DNA of 63,039 bases from a virus. Lineage: Duplodnaviria > Caudoviricetes. The notes below the pieces were generated by a model. That model was not told where the DNA came from and made no database searches. It saw nothing but the letters and a program-made list of their open reading frames with translations. A program made the translations under genes and the position numbers. Shown here in pieces: positions 46,658 through 56,493 of the stretch. Positions within the stretch are counted from its first letter, which is position 1, and the number at the start of each line of letters is the position of its first letter. The stretch covers positions 1 to 63,039 of the IMG/VR virus record IMGVR_UViG_3300033145_002283. One strand, 5' to 3'.

Positions 46658-48492
46658 ATAAAAATATGGAAGAACTCGATTCATTATTAACGATTGTTCC
46701 GAGCGAAGATTTGTTATTGATCCGGGATGCAAGTGCAGATACAACGAATAAAATCATAGTCAATGATATTTTAGGCGCAGTTAATGTCAGCGCCTGGGGT
46801 GGGCTTGAGGCGGCGGTGACGGCTATTGGCGCCACTAAAATGGGTGTTTGCATCACCAATACTCAGACATTGACCGGCGATCTGACCATCCCTTCAACAC
46901 TTGCGCTTGTAATTGAGCAAGGCGGTAGCATAGACCTAAACGGCTACACCCTTACCATCAACGGCTCTTTCTCTGCTGGGCTCTATCAGGTGTTTAGTGG
47001 GGATGGGAGAATTGTTTTTGAATCGGGAAGTACAGATAAAATCCCTGTTATTTGGCGTGGTGTAGTTGGAGATGGTACAGATACAACTACTGAAATGCAG
47101 TCATTATTGTTAGATATGAAAAGTAGTACAGTTAAACGATGTGAATTTGGTTTTGGTGAATATCTCTTTACGGACACTCTTAATGTATATGCAGGGATGA
47201 TATTAGAGGGCCAAAATAAGTTTTCGGTTTCAGACTTTCAGGATGGTATGAGAACGGCTGAAATTCCAACACAGATTACATTTGCACCTACTGCAGAAAA
47301 GTCTCTCTTTCATATAATCAACGATACGGCTGATTCTTATTCATCAAAAGTACACATATCAGGATTGTATCTCAAGGGGAATACAACTGAAGGCGTAACT
47401 TATAGTAAGTATGGTTTACACCTTGAGGAAAGTGCTCGATCTATATTTGAAAATATGGGAATAGAGCACTTTCAGGTTGGACTTCATTGTGATTTCACGA
47501 TGACAAATGCCTACGAAAATATATACATTGGTGCGTGTTCATCTTCTTGTGTGGATATAAGTACTGATATAAATACTACCGATACTTTTACTAATTGTAT
47601 TTTTAGGGAATCTCCTTGGGGCGTAGTTGTCAGGAGAAGTATCACTATTAGGTTTGTTTCTTGTTTATTTGAATCTCTAAGTGTAGGTGGTGTAAGGCTA
47701 TATCGGGAGGCTGGAGCAGATTTTATTACATGTTATAGTGAAAACGTACCATCAGGAGCAGATGGAGCAGATTATGGAATGTTTTATATAGGCCATGATG
47801 GAACTACTACTCAACACAGTATAAATATTATTGGCGGCTTTTATGGTGGGTGTAATGGCGGAACAGTGTATGGTTCATTTGTTGATGCAGATTATCTTAA
47901 TTATTATTCTGGAATATGTATATCAAATGTTAATATACAGAGATTTGTCAATGGGATTAAGGCAAATCAAAACAATACTGATGCACATAGTATTTTAGTA
48001 AATAATCTTTCATTTGCTTCTGTTACGAATGTTACAGTTAACCCAGATAAAACAACAGGGACAAGATATCCTATTATTGTAGGCTTTTACCCAACTACTG
48101 TTTCAACTCCACCTCAATTACATGTGCGGAGCATATACAGTACTTTTTTAACACTAAATGATGACAATGGATATGGTTCAACTCGATTACGTGGAATGTC
48201 GGAGGCAAACCTCGAAAGATTATCTGACTTAGTTTTGACAAATTTTTCATCTTCAACTGCTTGTCTCCTTCTTGTTACTGGTAGTGATAATTCTGCATTG
48301 CATGAAGCCGGATTATTTTCGGTTGCGACAGATGCGGATGGGAATACTTCAGTGGTAAAAGTAGCTGGTACTGCTAATATTACTATAACTAATACGGATA
48401 ACAATTTATGTGTTTATCCTTCTACAACGACCGTAAGGGTAAGAAATTTATTGACCTCAACAATTAAATGTAAAATATTAAGGATTCAATAA
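46654..48492 (+). CDS. Tail spike / beta-helix depolymerase-like receptor-binding protein
   Basis: GVVGDGTDTT..MQ, G.YL, F.NC.F repeats; AT-rich 3' part. Confidence 0.7.
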   Translation: MNKNMEELDSLLTIVPSEDLLLIRDASADTTNKIIVNDILGAVNVSAWGGLEAAVTAIGATKMGVCITNTQTLTGDLTIPSTLALVIEQGGSIDLNGYTLTINGSFSAGLYQVFSGDGRIVFESGSTDKIPVIWRGVVGDGTDTTTEMQSLLLDMKSSTVKRCEFGFGEYLFTDTLNVYAGMILEGQNKFSVSDFQDGMRTAEIPTQITFAPTAEKSLFHIINDTADSYSSKVHISGLYLKGNTTEGVTYSKYGLHLEESARSIFENMGIEHFQVGLHCDFTMTNAYENIYIGACSSSCVDISTDINTTDTFTNCIFRESPWGVVVRRSITIRFVSCLFESLSVGGVRLYREAGADFITCYSENVPSGADGADYGMFYIGHDGTTTQHSINIIGGFYGGCNGGTVYGSFVDADYLNYYSGICISNVNIQRFVNGIKANQNNTDAHSILVNNLSFASVTNVTVNPDKTTGTRYPIIVGFYPTTVSTPPQLHVRSIYSTFLTLNDDNGYGSTRLRGMSEANLERLSDLVLTNFSSSTACLLLVTGSDNSALHEAGLFSVATDADGNTSVVKVAGTANITITNTDNNLCVYPSTTTVRVRNLLTSTIKCKILRIQ

Positions 48493-48595
48493 TAGGATAG
48501 ACGTAGTTCTTGTTCTAAATATAACAAAAGCAAAACACAGCAAGAACTCATGAAAGCAATGCAAAACTTCTGATAGGCGGCATGGAGAATAAATA

Positions 48596-49957
48596 ATGTT
48601 ATCGACCAATACAAATTTTGATAACAAGCACGATCTTGATTACAAGACGCCGATGTACCTTATCCATTTCGACGGGGAAACAAAAGACTATTGCAATCAT
48701 AAACCCGTGTCTCCGTCAAATACCCTCAAACAATATCTTATTGATATCAGAGGCAATTCTCAAAAGGTGATCCCTGAGGAAGGCAAAGGCAGCATTGGCG
48801 GGGTAACAGTCACAATACAGGATTATAACGATGAGATAACCGCACTACTTGCAACGGACAATTATTTTTTCCACAGGCGGAAAACCACCATCAAGGCCGG
48901 ATATCTCGGTATGGCCGAGGCTGATATGCTCGATGTTTCGGTCGGTTGGGTGACAGGGCTCAAACTCTCTAAAGACGGCTTGTCTTATATTTTCGATGTG
49001 ACCGATCCGCAGAAATGGTTACAGCGGAAAATATTCCGGGATGCGTCAGACTCCAATGTTGTTACATTGCAGGGCAATCCGCTTAATATTTATCTTGCTG
49101 TGCTTATTTCAACGGGCAACGGCACAAATGGAGATTATGATTATCTTGATGAGTCTTGGGGCCTTGGTATCGATGACGATAATATCAATGTGACGAATAT
49201 CGAAACGGTCAGGGACGATTATTTCCCGGGTGACTCACATTATATGAAATTCCAAATAACCGACAAGATTAAAGCAAAAGATTTCCTTGAAACAGAGATT
49301 CTGAAGGTGCTGAATTGCTATCCCACCATTGACGGCGATGGCAAGATAAACATTACGCCGTTCAAACCGCCCATAGTCACGTCGAAAACAGTGCAGTCAT
49401 TTTCAGAGGACAACATAATCGGCACCCCATCATGGGACGCTAACTTGGCCGCAACAATCAACGAAATTGAACTGCATTACAATTACGATCATGTTGATGA
49501 CGAATTCGATAACGAAGACGATTACATTGACACAATATCTCTTAACAATCGAGGCCCGGGCAAGAAGCCCCTTGTAATAAAAACAAAGGGCTTGCACACA
49601 GATTTAGGCACAAGCTCAATATCAGGCCAACGGGCAGAGGACGTACTTGAGCGCCGGAAAAACCGGATCTTTGGAAGATTTGCGACACCTCCGTCAAAGA
49701 TAGTTATATCGTGTTTTTTCAGCCGGTGGTTATCTGAAGCAGGAGACATAGTCCCGTTCACCCACTCTAAACTGCCGGATATTGTGACAGGCACAAGAGG
49801 ATTTACTGCAAAGCGCATAGAAATCATTGACCGCACCATTGACTGGAAAAAAGGCCGGGTAAAAATCACCCTGCTTGATACCGGGTTCGACAAGGGCGAT
49901 TATGTTGCGATTAGAGATGATTCTCTTATCAAAACCACAAACCTTATTATGCCATAA
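48596..49957 (+). CDS. Tail tip/hub protein
   Basis: Size, position, C-terminal EAGDIV motif. Confidence 0.6.
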   Translation: MLSTNTNFDNKHDLDYKTPMYLIHFDGETKDYCNHKPVSPSNTLKQYLIDIRGNSQKVIPEEGKGSIGGVTVTIQDYNDEITALLATDNYFFHRRKTTIKAGYLGMAEADMLDVSVGWVTGLKLSKDGLSYIFDVTDPQKWLQRKIFRDASDSNVVTLQGNPLNIYLAVLISTGNGTNGDYDYLDESWGLGIDDDNINVTNIETVRDDYFPGDSHYMKFQITDKIKAKDFLETEILKVLNCYPTIDGDGKINITPFKPPIVTSKTVQSFSEDNIIGTPSWDANLAATINEIELHYNYDHVDDEFDNEDDYIDTISLNNRGPGKKPLVIKTKGLHTDLGTSSISGQRAEDVLERRKNRIFGRFATPPSKIVISCFFSRWLSEAGDIVPFTHSKLPDIVTGTRGFTAKRIEIIDRTIDWKKGRVKITLLDTGFDKGDYVAIRDDSLIKTTNLIMP

Positions 49958-49966
49958 GGAGCAAAT

Positions 49967-50791
49967 ATGTCTTTTTTTGATTTATCAGCATTACGAGCAA
50001 TTCTTACAACCGAAACAGACGCAGACTCGCCCATAAATGAAGAGCTGATGTCCCAAATTCGAGAGAACCTTGAGGCAATCCTGATCCTGCTTGCCAGCAC
50101 CGGTATAACCGGATCGGCAACATCAGATCCCCCGAACGACACAACCGGCTACCTCACGGACACAGCCTCAACGTGGAGCAATGACGATCATAACGGGCGT
50201 ACATTATTGATTACCTCCGGCCTTGCAAAAGGCAACATGTACACCATTGACGATACGGACGACGCAAACAATCGGCTTGTCTGCACCGGGGACAATCTTT
50301 ATGCCGACGGCGTGCGATCCGGGGATACGTACCTGATCCTGTATGATGTCAAAAACAACACTGACGGGCACGATCATGACGGGGTTAATTCCAAATGGGT
50401 GCAAAATCGGCCAACAATTGCAGCTGATACCGTATGTATCGCGTACGACGATAATGAGCACAGAACCAATATGGAAACATATACAAAAAAAGCTGAAGCA
50501 TATATAGCGCAAGAAGGTTCATTGAGAATTAAATTTAAATTAAAAAATGACGATATTGGTTCCGTTAATGTTTATGGCAGAATATATCGTAATGGTGTGG
50601 CTATTGGCACAGAACGCGTTACTCAAAGTACAAGCTATGTTGAATATTCAGAGGATATAGCCGGTTGGTCGATAGGTGATCTCTGTCAGATATATCTTAA
50701 GACCAGTTCAAGCGCCCAACAAAGTAATATGACCGATTTTGAATTATGGGCTGATTTGAGTTCGGTTACATGTATAAACCCCATTTGGTAA
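49967..50791 (+). CDS. Tail fibre/tip accessory protein
   Basis: ETDADSPINEELM..IRENL, GHDHDG motif. Confidence 0.65.
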   Translation: MSFFDLSALRAILTTETDADSPINEELMSQIRENLEAILILLASTGITGSATSDPPNDTTGYLTDTASTWSNDDHNGRTLLITSGLAKGNMYTIDDTDDANNRLVCTGDNLYADGVRSGDTYLILYDVKNNTDGHDHDGVNSKWVQNRPTIAADTVCIAYDDNEHRTNMETYTKKAEAYIAQEGSLRIKFKLKNDDIGSVNVYGRIYRNGVAIGTERVTQSTSYVEYSEDIAGWSIGDLCQIYLKTSSSAQQSNMTDFELWADLSSVTCINPIW

Positions 50792-51159
50792 AGGAATCAA
50801 CTATGTGGATATTAATAAAAGACAATAACCCAATAGGGCTATTTCAAACCGAATCACAAGCCAAGGCCGCAACCGGGGAAGGCGATCATTTTCTAATTCC
50901 GGTTAAAACGGGCCGCCTTTACGACTCGCTGATTGACACGGGATTGCCGGGGACGATTGCATACAAAAAGGTTAGCCCGGATCTGGAAGAGGTGACTGCC
51001 GAGATCAATAATCTGAGAGCGCAGTTGACAGAAAAAGAAAACCATCTTACGATACTTGAGGAGCGGGTCACAGAAAAAGAAAATCAGATTATGATACTTG
51101 AGGATCGGGTGGCGGTGATTGAAAGCAAAGACAAAGATGCGGTCAAGGAAGAAGTTTAA
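50770..51159 (+). CDS. Coiled-coil protein (possible fibre chaperone; likely start 50803)
   Basis: Last late gene; duplicated TEKEN..ILE.RV. Confidence 0.55.
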   Translation: MYKPHLVKESTMWILIKDNNPIGLFQTESQAKAATGEGDHFLIPVKTGRLYDSLIDTGLPGTIAYKKVSPDLEEVTAEINNLRAQLTEKENHLTILEERVTEKENQIMILEDRVAVIESKDKDAVKEEV

Positions 51160-51530
51160 CGGTCTTTTTTGTACTTAGGCCCTTTTTTGTACTTATATCC
51201 AAACTTGTTGAATATATCCCGGGCCTGGTTGACAGAACAGCCGATCAGGCCAGCGGCCTCTTTGGCTGTCATATCTTTGAACCTATCTTTACGGTATTTT
51301 AGGATTTTATTTTGGACCGGGGTTAGATGAGGGTATCCACGAGGTTGCATTTTAACCCCGTACTCCTTTAATTTTTTTTGGATTGTGGTATGGGACACAA
51401 GCAAGATATCCCCCAGCTTGTTGGTCGAGCGGTATTTTTCATAAAGGTCAATCAGCAGGCTACGTTCTGATTCGTAATCGGCCCCGTGCTTGTCATTATA
51501 TTTTTGAACCAATAAATACCAGTCAATCAT
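51156..51530 (-). CDS. HTH DNA-binding protein
   Basis: Two HTH-like segments; directly follows family A copy 3. Confidence 0.65.
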   Translation of the reverse strand: MIDWYLLVQKYNDKHGADYESERSLLIDLYEKYRSTNKLGDILLVSHTTIQKKLKEYGVKMQPRGYPHLTPVQNKILKYRKDRFKDMTAKEAAGLIGCSVNQARDIFNKFGYKYKKGPKYKKDR

Positions 51531-51714
51531 TTTTTCAACCTTCTTATTCGCCCATATTTAAACGATAATTTTTGATCAATACAATTATATACACCATACA
51601 AAGATCGTTTAAATTTAAGGACAAGTTTTTATAATAAAATCAAGTAGTTATCAATATTCATGTATTTCGTTGAAATCATGTTTTATAACCTATTGATTTT
51701 ATTAATTATTTATT
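51528..51714 (-). repeat. Family A repeat, copy 3 (inverted)
   Basis: Reverse complement of 27626-27812 with ~5 mismatches. Confidence 0.93.
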
Positions 51715-52041
51715 TGATGGCATCTCTTAGCGTTGCAGGTATGGTAATCTCATAATTCCTCCTTCGGCATCTATATCGGTCATGGGCGGCGGTTAAGTCT
51801 CTTTTTCCCCGGTGCTACCGGTCTAAGCCGGATAATTGTGTACCTCACATTAAAACCAGTCTGTTTTCCTATGTTTTCGTGTTCAAGCGCGTATTCGGTG
51901 GCATCCTCAACACTAGAGAAATACGGCATTCCATCTAAAATCGGGTGATCGTTTAACCACTTAACCACGCCATATAACATGTTTTTCCTCACAGATAATT
52001 GATTGGTTATATGTTTTTTAAACCTGAACTCCTGTATTTTT

Positions 52042-52472
<431 letters not shown>

Positions 52473-52476
<4 letters not shown>

Positions 52477-52661
52477 TTTGTGCCTCCTTTACAATCTTTA
52501 TAATTATTTGTCCGATTTTCAGGACATCTCCCCAGTTCATACAACCGGCAGATTTTTATCCCATTGCCGGAAAACGGGATAAAACACTCTCTGTTGTAAC
52601 AATCCTCTTCCCAGACCTGGTATTTTCTTTTTTCTTTTTTAGTCATTATTATTTCATTCAT
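52473..52661 (-). CDS. Cys-rich hypothetical protein
   Basis: AGGAGG RBS. Confidence 0.55.
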
Positions 52662-52700
52662 AAGTCCTCCTTGTTATCTTGATTTTCGTTCTTTACCTTC

Positions 52701-52898
52701 TTATATGAAGATAGTTAAAAAACAAAACAAGGCCGTTAGCCAAATCAAAGCAATACCCCAGCAGCAAATTGTTATCCACCGTTCTTTTTCATCAAAAACA
52801 GGGTCAATAATCTCCAGGTAACATATACGGGTTGCCTTTACAAACCCTGTAGCTCCAAAGATCAATAATCCTAGAAGGAAGGTTTGATATATTGTCAT
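52701..52898 (-). CDS. Small 2-TM membrane protein
   Basis: Two hydrophobic helices. Confidence 0.55.
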   Translation of the reverse strand: MTIYQTFLLGLLIFGATGFVKATRICYLEIIDPVFDEKERWITICCWGIALIWLTALFCFLTIFI

Positions 52899-53048
52899 GC
52901 TTTTTATCCTTTTGTTATTTTTACAACAATTGCCTTTCTAAGCCAATATCCGAATTTATTAAAATTCAATTCAATATCGCTATCAAACATCCTGCTGATA
53001 CGTAAAAAATGCTTAATCAATGGGAGGTATAAACAAACAAACCACCAT

Positions 53049-53423
53049 TTAAGACTTAATTTTGCTTTCATTTCTTACCCTTTCAAAGTAAAACAATCCA
53101 TCCCATTTTTGGAATTTCACAATCCCATAGTCCCGGGCTATTTTGATCATGTACTGTTTTTTCAGTCGTCTGTGGAGGGTTTCCATTTTTGATCTGAACC
53201 GTTCCGGCAGCAGGGCTTTCTTATACAGGTTGCACCTGCGACAGGAAGGCATAAGGTTCTGGAAATCATTAACGCTTTTTAACCCAAATTTGATTGCATA
53301 CCCTGATCGCCTTTTGGCAATAAAATGGTCAATCTGCATCTCTTCAAATTTTATTTTTCTACCACAATAGGCGCACCGGCCACCATATTTTTTATACACC
53401 TTCAGCCTTTTCTTTCTGGTCAT
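53049..53423 (-). CDS. HNH endonuclease
   Basis: CAYCG, IDH, NLMPSCRRCN. Confidence 0.9.
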   Translation of the reverse strand: MTRKKRLKVYKKYGGRCAYCGRKIKFEEMQIDHFIAKRRSGYAIKFGLKSVNDFQNLMPSCRRCNLYKKALLPERFRSKMETLHRRLKKQYMIKIARDYGIVKFQKWDGLFYFERVRNESKIKS

Positions 53424-53568
53424 TACAAAGTACCTTTCCGGATCAGTAACAACAGCAAAGCATCAAAATTATTGTCAAGGCCTTTGTCAATCTGGATTTG
53501 CTGGAGCTTTCGTTTGATATCTTCCAGCTTGCACAATTCAGTCAATTCCCATTCTTTGTATTCGCCTT

Positions 53569-53814
53569 TCACCGTACCTCCCAATATCTAATACCGTTTT
53601 CAATAATCATTTTCCGTCCGTCCTCAAGCGTAATCTCCCCATCCATTCGCCCATGCCCACAACAGCTTGCAACCGTTTTGATATTGGCCGCATTCAACGC
53701 GGCGACTATATCAGCAATACAATAATCAATACCCCGCACCCGGCCATTTATCGGCATGGGTGTCTGGCATTCGTACGTTCCAACTTTGCAACATTTTTTT
53801 GGTTGTATGTTCAT
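53569..53814 (-). CDS. Small phage protein with SCCGHG motif (TYW3-like fold)
   Basis: ID.CIADIV.ALN....TVASCCGHG. Confidence 0.6.
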   Translation of the reverse strand: MNIQPKKCCKVGTYECQTPMPINGRVRGIDYCIADIVAALNAANIKTVASCCGHGRMDGEITLEDGRKMIIENGIRYWEVR

Positions 53815-53815
53815 T

Positions 53816-54085
53816 TTATCTCCTCACTTTAGTAGCCGTCGAGGTCAATTGCTCAACCGGGAAATCTGTTTCAGGAATTGAAACAGGATCTTTATCCATT
53901 GCCTCGGCAAGCTTTATTCTGTATTTGCAATTTTGGCATTTCTCCCGGAGTTTCGATATTCTTTTGGCTGTCAGGATGGGGGCTTGCTTACTGCCCAATA
54001 AACGACATAATTCATCTTCTATCCCATAGGGGCAATGATGGCAAGGTGATTTATATCCGGAATCAAAAGGCCCATCAATTGGCAT
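53816..54085 (-). CDS. Cys-rich hypothetical protein
   Basis: CxxC...CxxC. Confidence 0.55.
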   Translation of the reverse strand: MPIDGPFDSGYKSPCHHCPYGIEDELCRLLGSKQAPILTAKRISKLREKCQNCKYRIKLAEAMDKDPVSIPETDFPVEQLTSTATKVRR

Positions 54086-54698
54086 GGCTTATCCCTCCGC
54101 TGATCGTCATATATATGATCTTATCGGCCCCTTTTTCAATCTCTTCAAATGGGACCCGCTCATCATTAACCATAATAACCTGTAATGGTGGGTCCAGCCG
54201 CTGGCTGATTTCCTTGACCATTTGTATAACCCGGATATTTTCTTTTCTGCCCCGCAGATGCTTGAACGGTTCGTCTAACAATAAAATATATGCAGGCCGT
54301 GGCCGGGCCATTGCAAGACAGGAGATTCGCAAACCAAACCCGGCCACATCCACTGCCCCCAAACCGGAAGCGTACATGGGAGCAAGTGTGTTGCCTTGTC
54401 GTTTGAACCTGATATCTGCCTCAATCTTATCCCTGCGTGGAGTAAAATTTACAACCAGTTCATAAGGATCATCAAAAACAGATTTCAGGGCCAATGTAAC
54501 AGGCTCAGATAATTTGTATTGAAGTGTTTCCTGTGTTTCCTGGGCGATGGCTTTTATGATAATCAATGCTGCTTCATCAACCCGGAGGGCCTTCTCCGTT
54601 TGGACAATGTCCTTTTCGGCTTGGGCAATCTGTTTTTTTATCCGATTGCGTTCGCCTTTAGCCCTCTCAATTCTATTTGTTATTTCAGATAAGTTCAT
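54075..54698 (-). CDS. sbcC: SbcC/Rad50 C-terminal half
   Basis: Coiled coil, ASGLG signature, LLLDEPF Walker B. Confidence 0.8.
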   Translation of the reverse strand: MNLSEITNRIERAKGERNRIKKQIAQAEKDIVQTEKALRVDEAALIIIKAIAQETQETLQYKLSEPVTLALKSVFDDPYELVVNFTPRRDKIEADIRFKRQGNTLAPMYASGLGAVDVAGFGLRISCLAMARPRPAYILLLDEPFKHLRGRKENIRVIQMVKEISQRLDPPLQVIMVNDERVPFEEIEKGADKIIYMTISGGISHAN

Positions 54699-54788
54699 CA
54701 GAAATCCACCAGTAAAGAATGGTTATGGTGGCAATCGTGTAACAAGCGAACGCCACAAGAAGATATCCATACCGCCTTATAAACCGTT

Positions 54789-55031
54789 TCATGGGATCAT
54801 ACCCTCCAGTTTGTCCAATCCTTTTTCAAGCCGTATCTCCATCTTGTCAAGATCAGCTTCCATCTGATCCAGGGCATCCTCGGCTGCTTCAAGATTATCA
54901 AACCCAAACTCGTCTTTGAGCTGTTTTGATAACTGCTCCATAACGCCCTTGAGCTTTGCCAGCTCCTGGCTGGCATCGTCAATTTTTCTTTTCAGTTTCG
55001 CCAACCTATCTGTGTTGTCTGTATTTGCCAT
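54789..55031 (-). CDS. Coiled-coil protein associated with the SbcCD locus
   Basis: 80-aa heptad pattern; AAGGAG RBS. Confidence 0.65.
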   Translation of the reverse strand: MANTDNTDRLAKLKRKIDDASQELAKLKGVMEQLSKQLKDEFGFDNLEAAEDALDQMEADLDKMEIRLEKGLDKLEGMIP

Positions 55032-55044
55032 TATTTCTCCTTAC

Positions 55045-55127
55045 TCTATCGTTTTCTCAATGTTGAAATTTAAAATCTATACCGTTATACCCTTTTTTAA
55101 TTTCACCCGGCCTATTAACGATGTAAA
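55045..55127 (-). repeat. Family B repeat
   Basis: Reverse complement of 42803-42885. Confidence 0.88.
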
Positions 55128-55147
55128 GGTGGAAGAATCGTTATGGT

Positions 55148-56101
55148 TTAAATATCATCCGAGTCTATAATCTCCCAAACCCGGGCTTTTATATTTTTTC
55201 TTACCCGGTTGTTTTCAAAATACCGTTTAACATTTTCTTTGAAATCAATTGTCACTGATTGGTCTTGTTTTTCCTTCAGATTTTCAATCACTGCATCAAA
55301 CCGTTTTTTATATGCCTCGGTGTCAATCACGGATTCTTTAATAACATCTTTTGCAATGGGCAGGTATTCAGGCACGACCTTGTTGTTTTCAGCATCATAC
55401 AAATAAACCCGGGGCCGGTGCCCAGCCTGGTCGGAATTGGAGCGCATCATTGAACCGGGGTTAACCAGCAATTTGTTTTTGTATTGAACCACGAATGGTT
55501 TGTGGTTATCCCCGCTCAGAATCAGATCGTAGTCATTGTTTTTCAGCAGGTTAACTGCCTTGGTGCCTTCCTGACCTTTGTATTCCGGCCGGTCCTCAAT
55601 AACCATTTGGTGGGTTATGGCAATATTGCGATTCAATCCATCGGTACCTGACAAAGCGTGTATCTGCTTGGTATCAGATACCATATCGAAAGGGGATATT
55701 ATTTCTTTTCCAAATGGGAACCCAAATACATTGATTTTCCCCACCCCCACTTTATAGCCGTTATCCAAAACAGTGATCATCTTTGTCATTGCTGATATCC
55801 CCATTGGGGCGTCGTCCATTTTGTCAAGTTTATGATTGGGAAGGTCGTGTTGCCCAGGAATACAGATAATATCGGATTTGTATTTTTTCACCACTCGAAT
55901 AAACCAGGAATACAAAGGCCAGGGCCATGTCGGCCGGTGGCCGATATCCCCTGCTATCAGAATTGGGCAGTTATATTTCGTACCCAGCTTGAGAATATAT
56001 TCAAATTTATTCTGTAACGCCGTAGGAAAATTATCAATCCTGTTACGTGGGGTATCAGCCCGGATATGAGTATCGGCGCATAATATAGCATCAACGGTCA
56101 T
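55148..56101 (-). CDS. sbcD: SbcD/Mre11 metallophosphoesterase nuclease
   Basis: D.H, GD, GQHD, H, GDNH, NPGS. Confidence 0.88.
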   Translation of the reverse strand: MTVDAILCADTHIRADTPRNRIDNFPTALQNKFEYILKLGTKYNCPILIAGDIGHRPTWPWPLYSWFIRVVKKYKSDIICIPGQHDLPNHKLDKMDDAPMGISAMTKMITVLDNGYKVGVGKINVFGFPFGKEIISPFDMVSDTKQIHALSGTDGLNRNIAITHQMVIEDRPEYKGQEGTKAVNLLKNNDYDLILSGDNHKPFVVQYKNKLLVNPGSMMRSNSDQAGHRPRVYLYDAENNKVVPEYLPIAKDVIKESVIDTEAYKKRFDAVIENLKEKQDQSVTIDFKENVKRYFENNRVRKNIKARVWEIIDSDDI

Positions 56102-56480
56102 CGCCCGACCCTCCCAGTGTTCCTGCAGCCTTGCGCTTCATAAGTTTGGAATGATTTATATCCCCGATCATTTCGAGGTTATATCTCAGTTCGGCAGCAC
56201 ATCGCGACAAATACCAAAATACATCTCCCAGTTCGTGAGCCAATTTGGCCCTCTTTTTCAATGTGATTATCCCGCCATCATCCCGGAGGATTTTTTTGAC
56301 TTTATCGGCAAATTCACCGCATTCGCCTGCAAGCCCAAGCGCGGTGTAAAGCAGTCCAGTTATATCCCCGGCCAGAACCTGCTGGTGTGTCTCCGGAATA
56401 ACCTTAAACATAAGCCCGTCAACTCCAGGGTAAATGGCGGTTTCTTTTACTCCTTTTTCAAATTCTTCAAGTGTTTTCAT
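56091..56480 (-). CDS. mazG: MazG-like NTP pyrophosphohydrolase
   Basis: LGLAGECGE..KVKK..RD, ELGDVFWY, GSGDDR. Confidence 0.9.
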   Translation of the reverse strand: MKTLEEFEKGVKETAIYPGVDGLMFKVIPETHQQVLAGDITGLLYTALGLAGECGEFADKVKKILRDDGGIITLKKRAKLAHELGDVFWYLSRCAAELRYNLEMIGDINHSKLMKRKAAGTLGGSGDDR

Positions 56481-56493
56481 ATAATCCTTTTCC

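Noticed and set aside
48505-48550. attC-like left arm after the tailspike gene (ATATAAC-AAAAG)
   Set aside because: No matching GTT core or paired L boxes; more likely a simple hairpin
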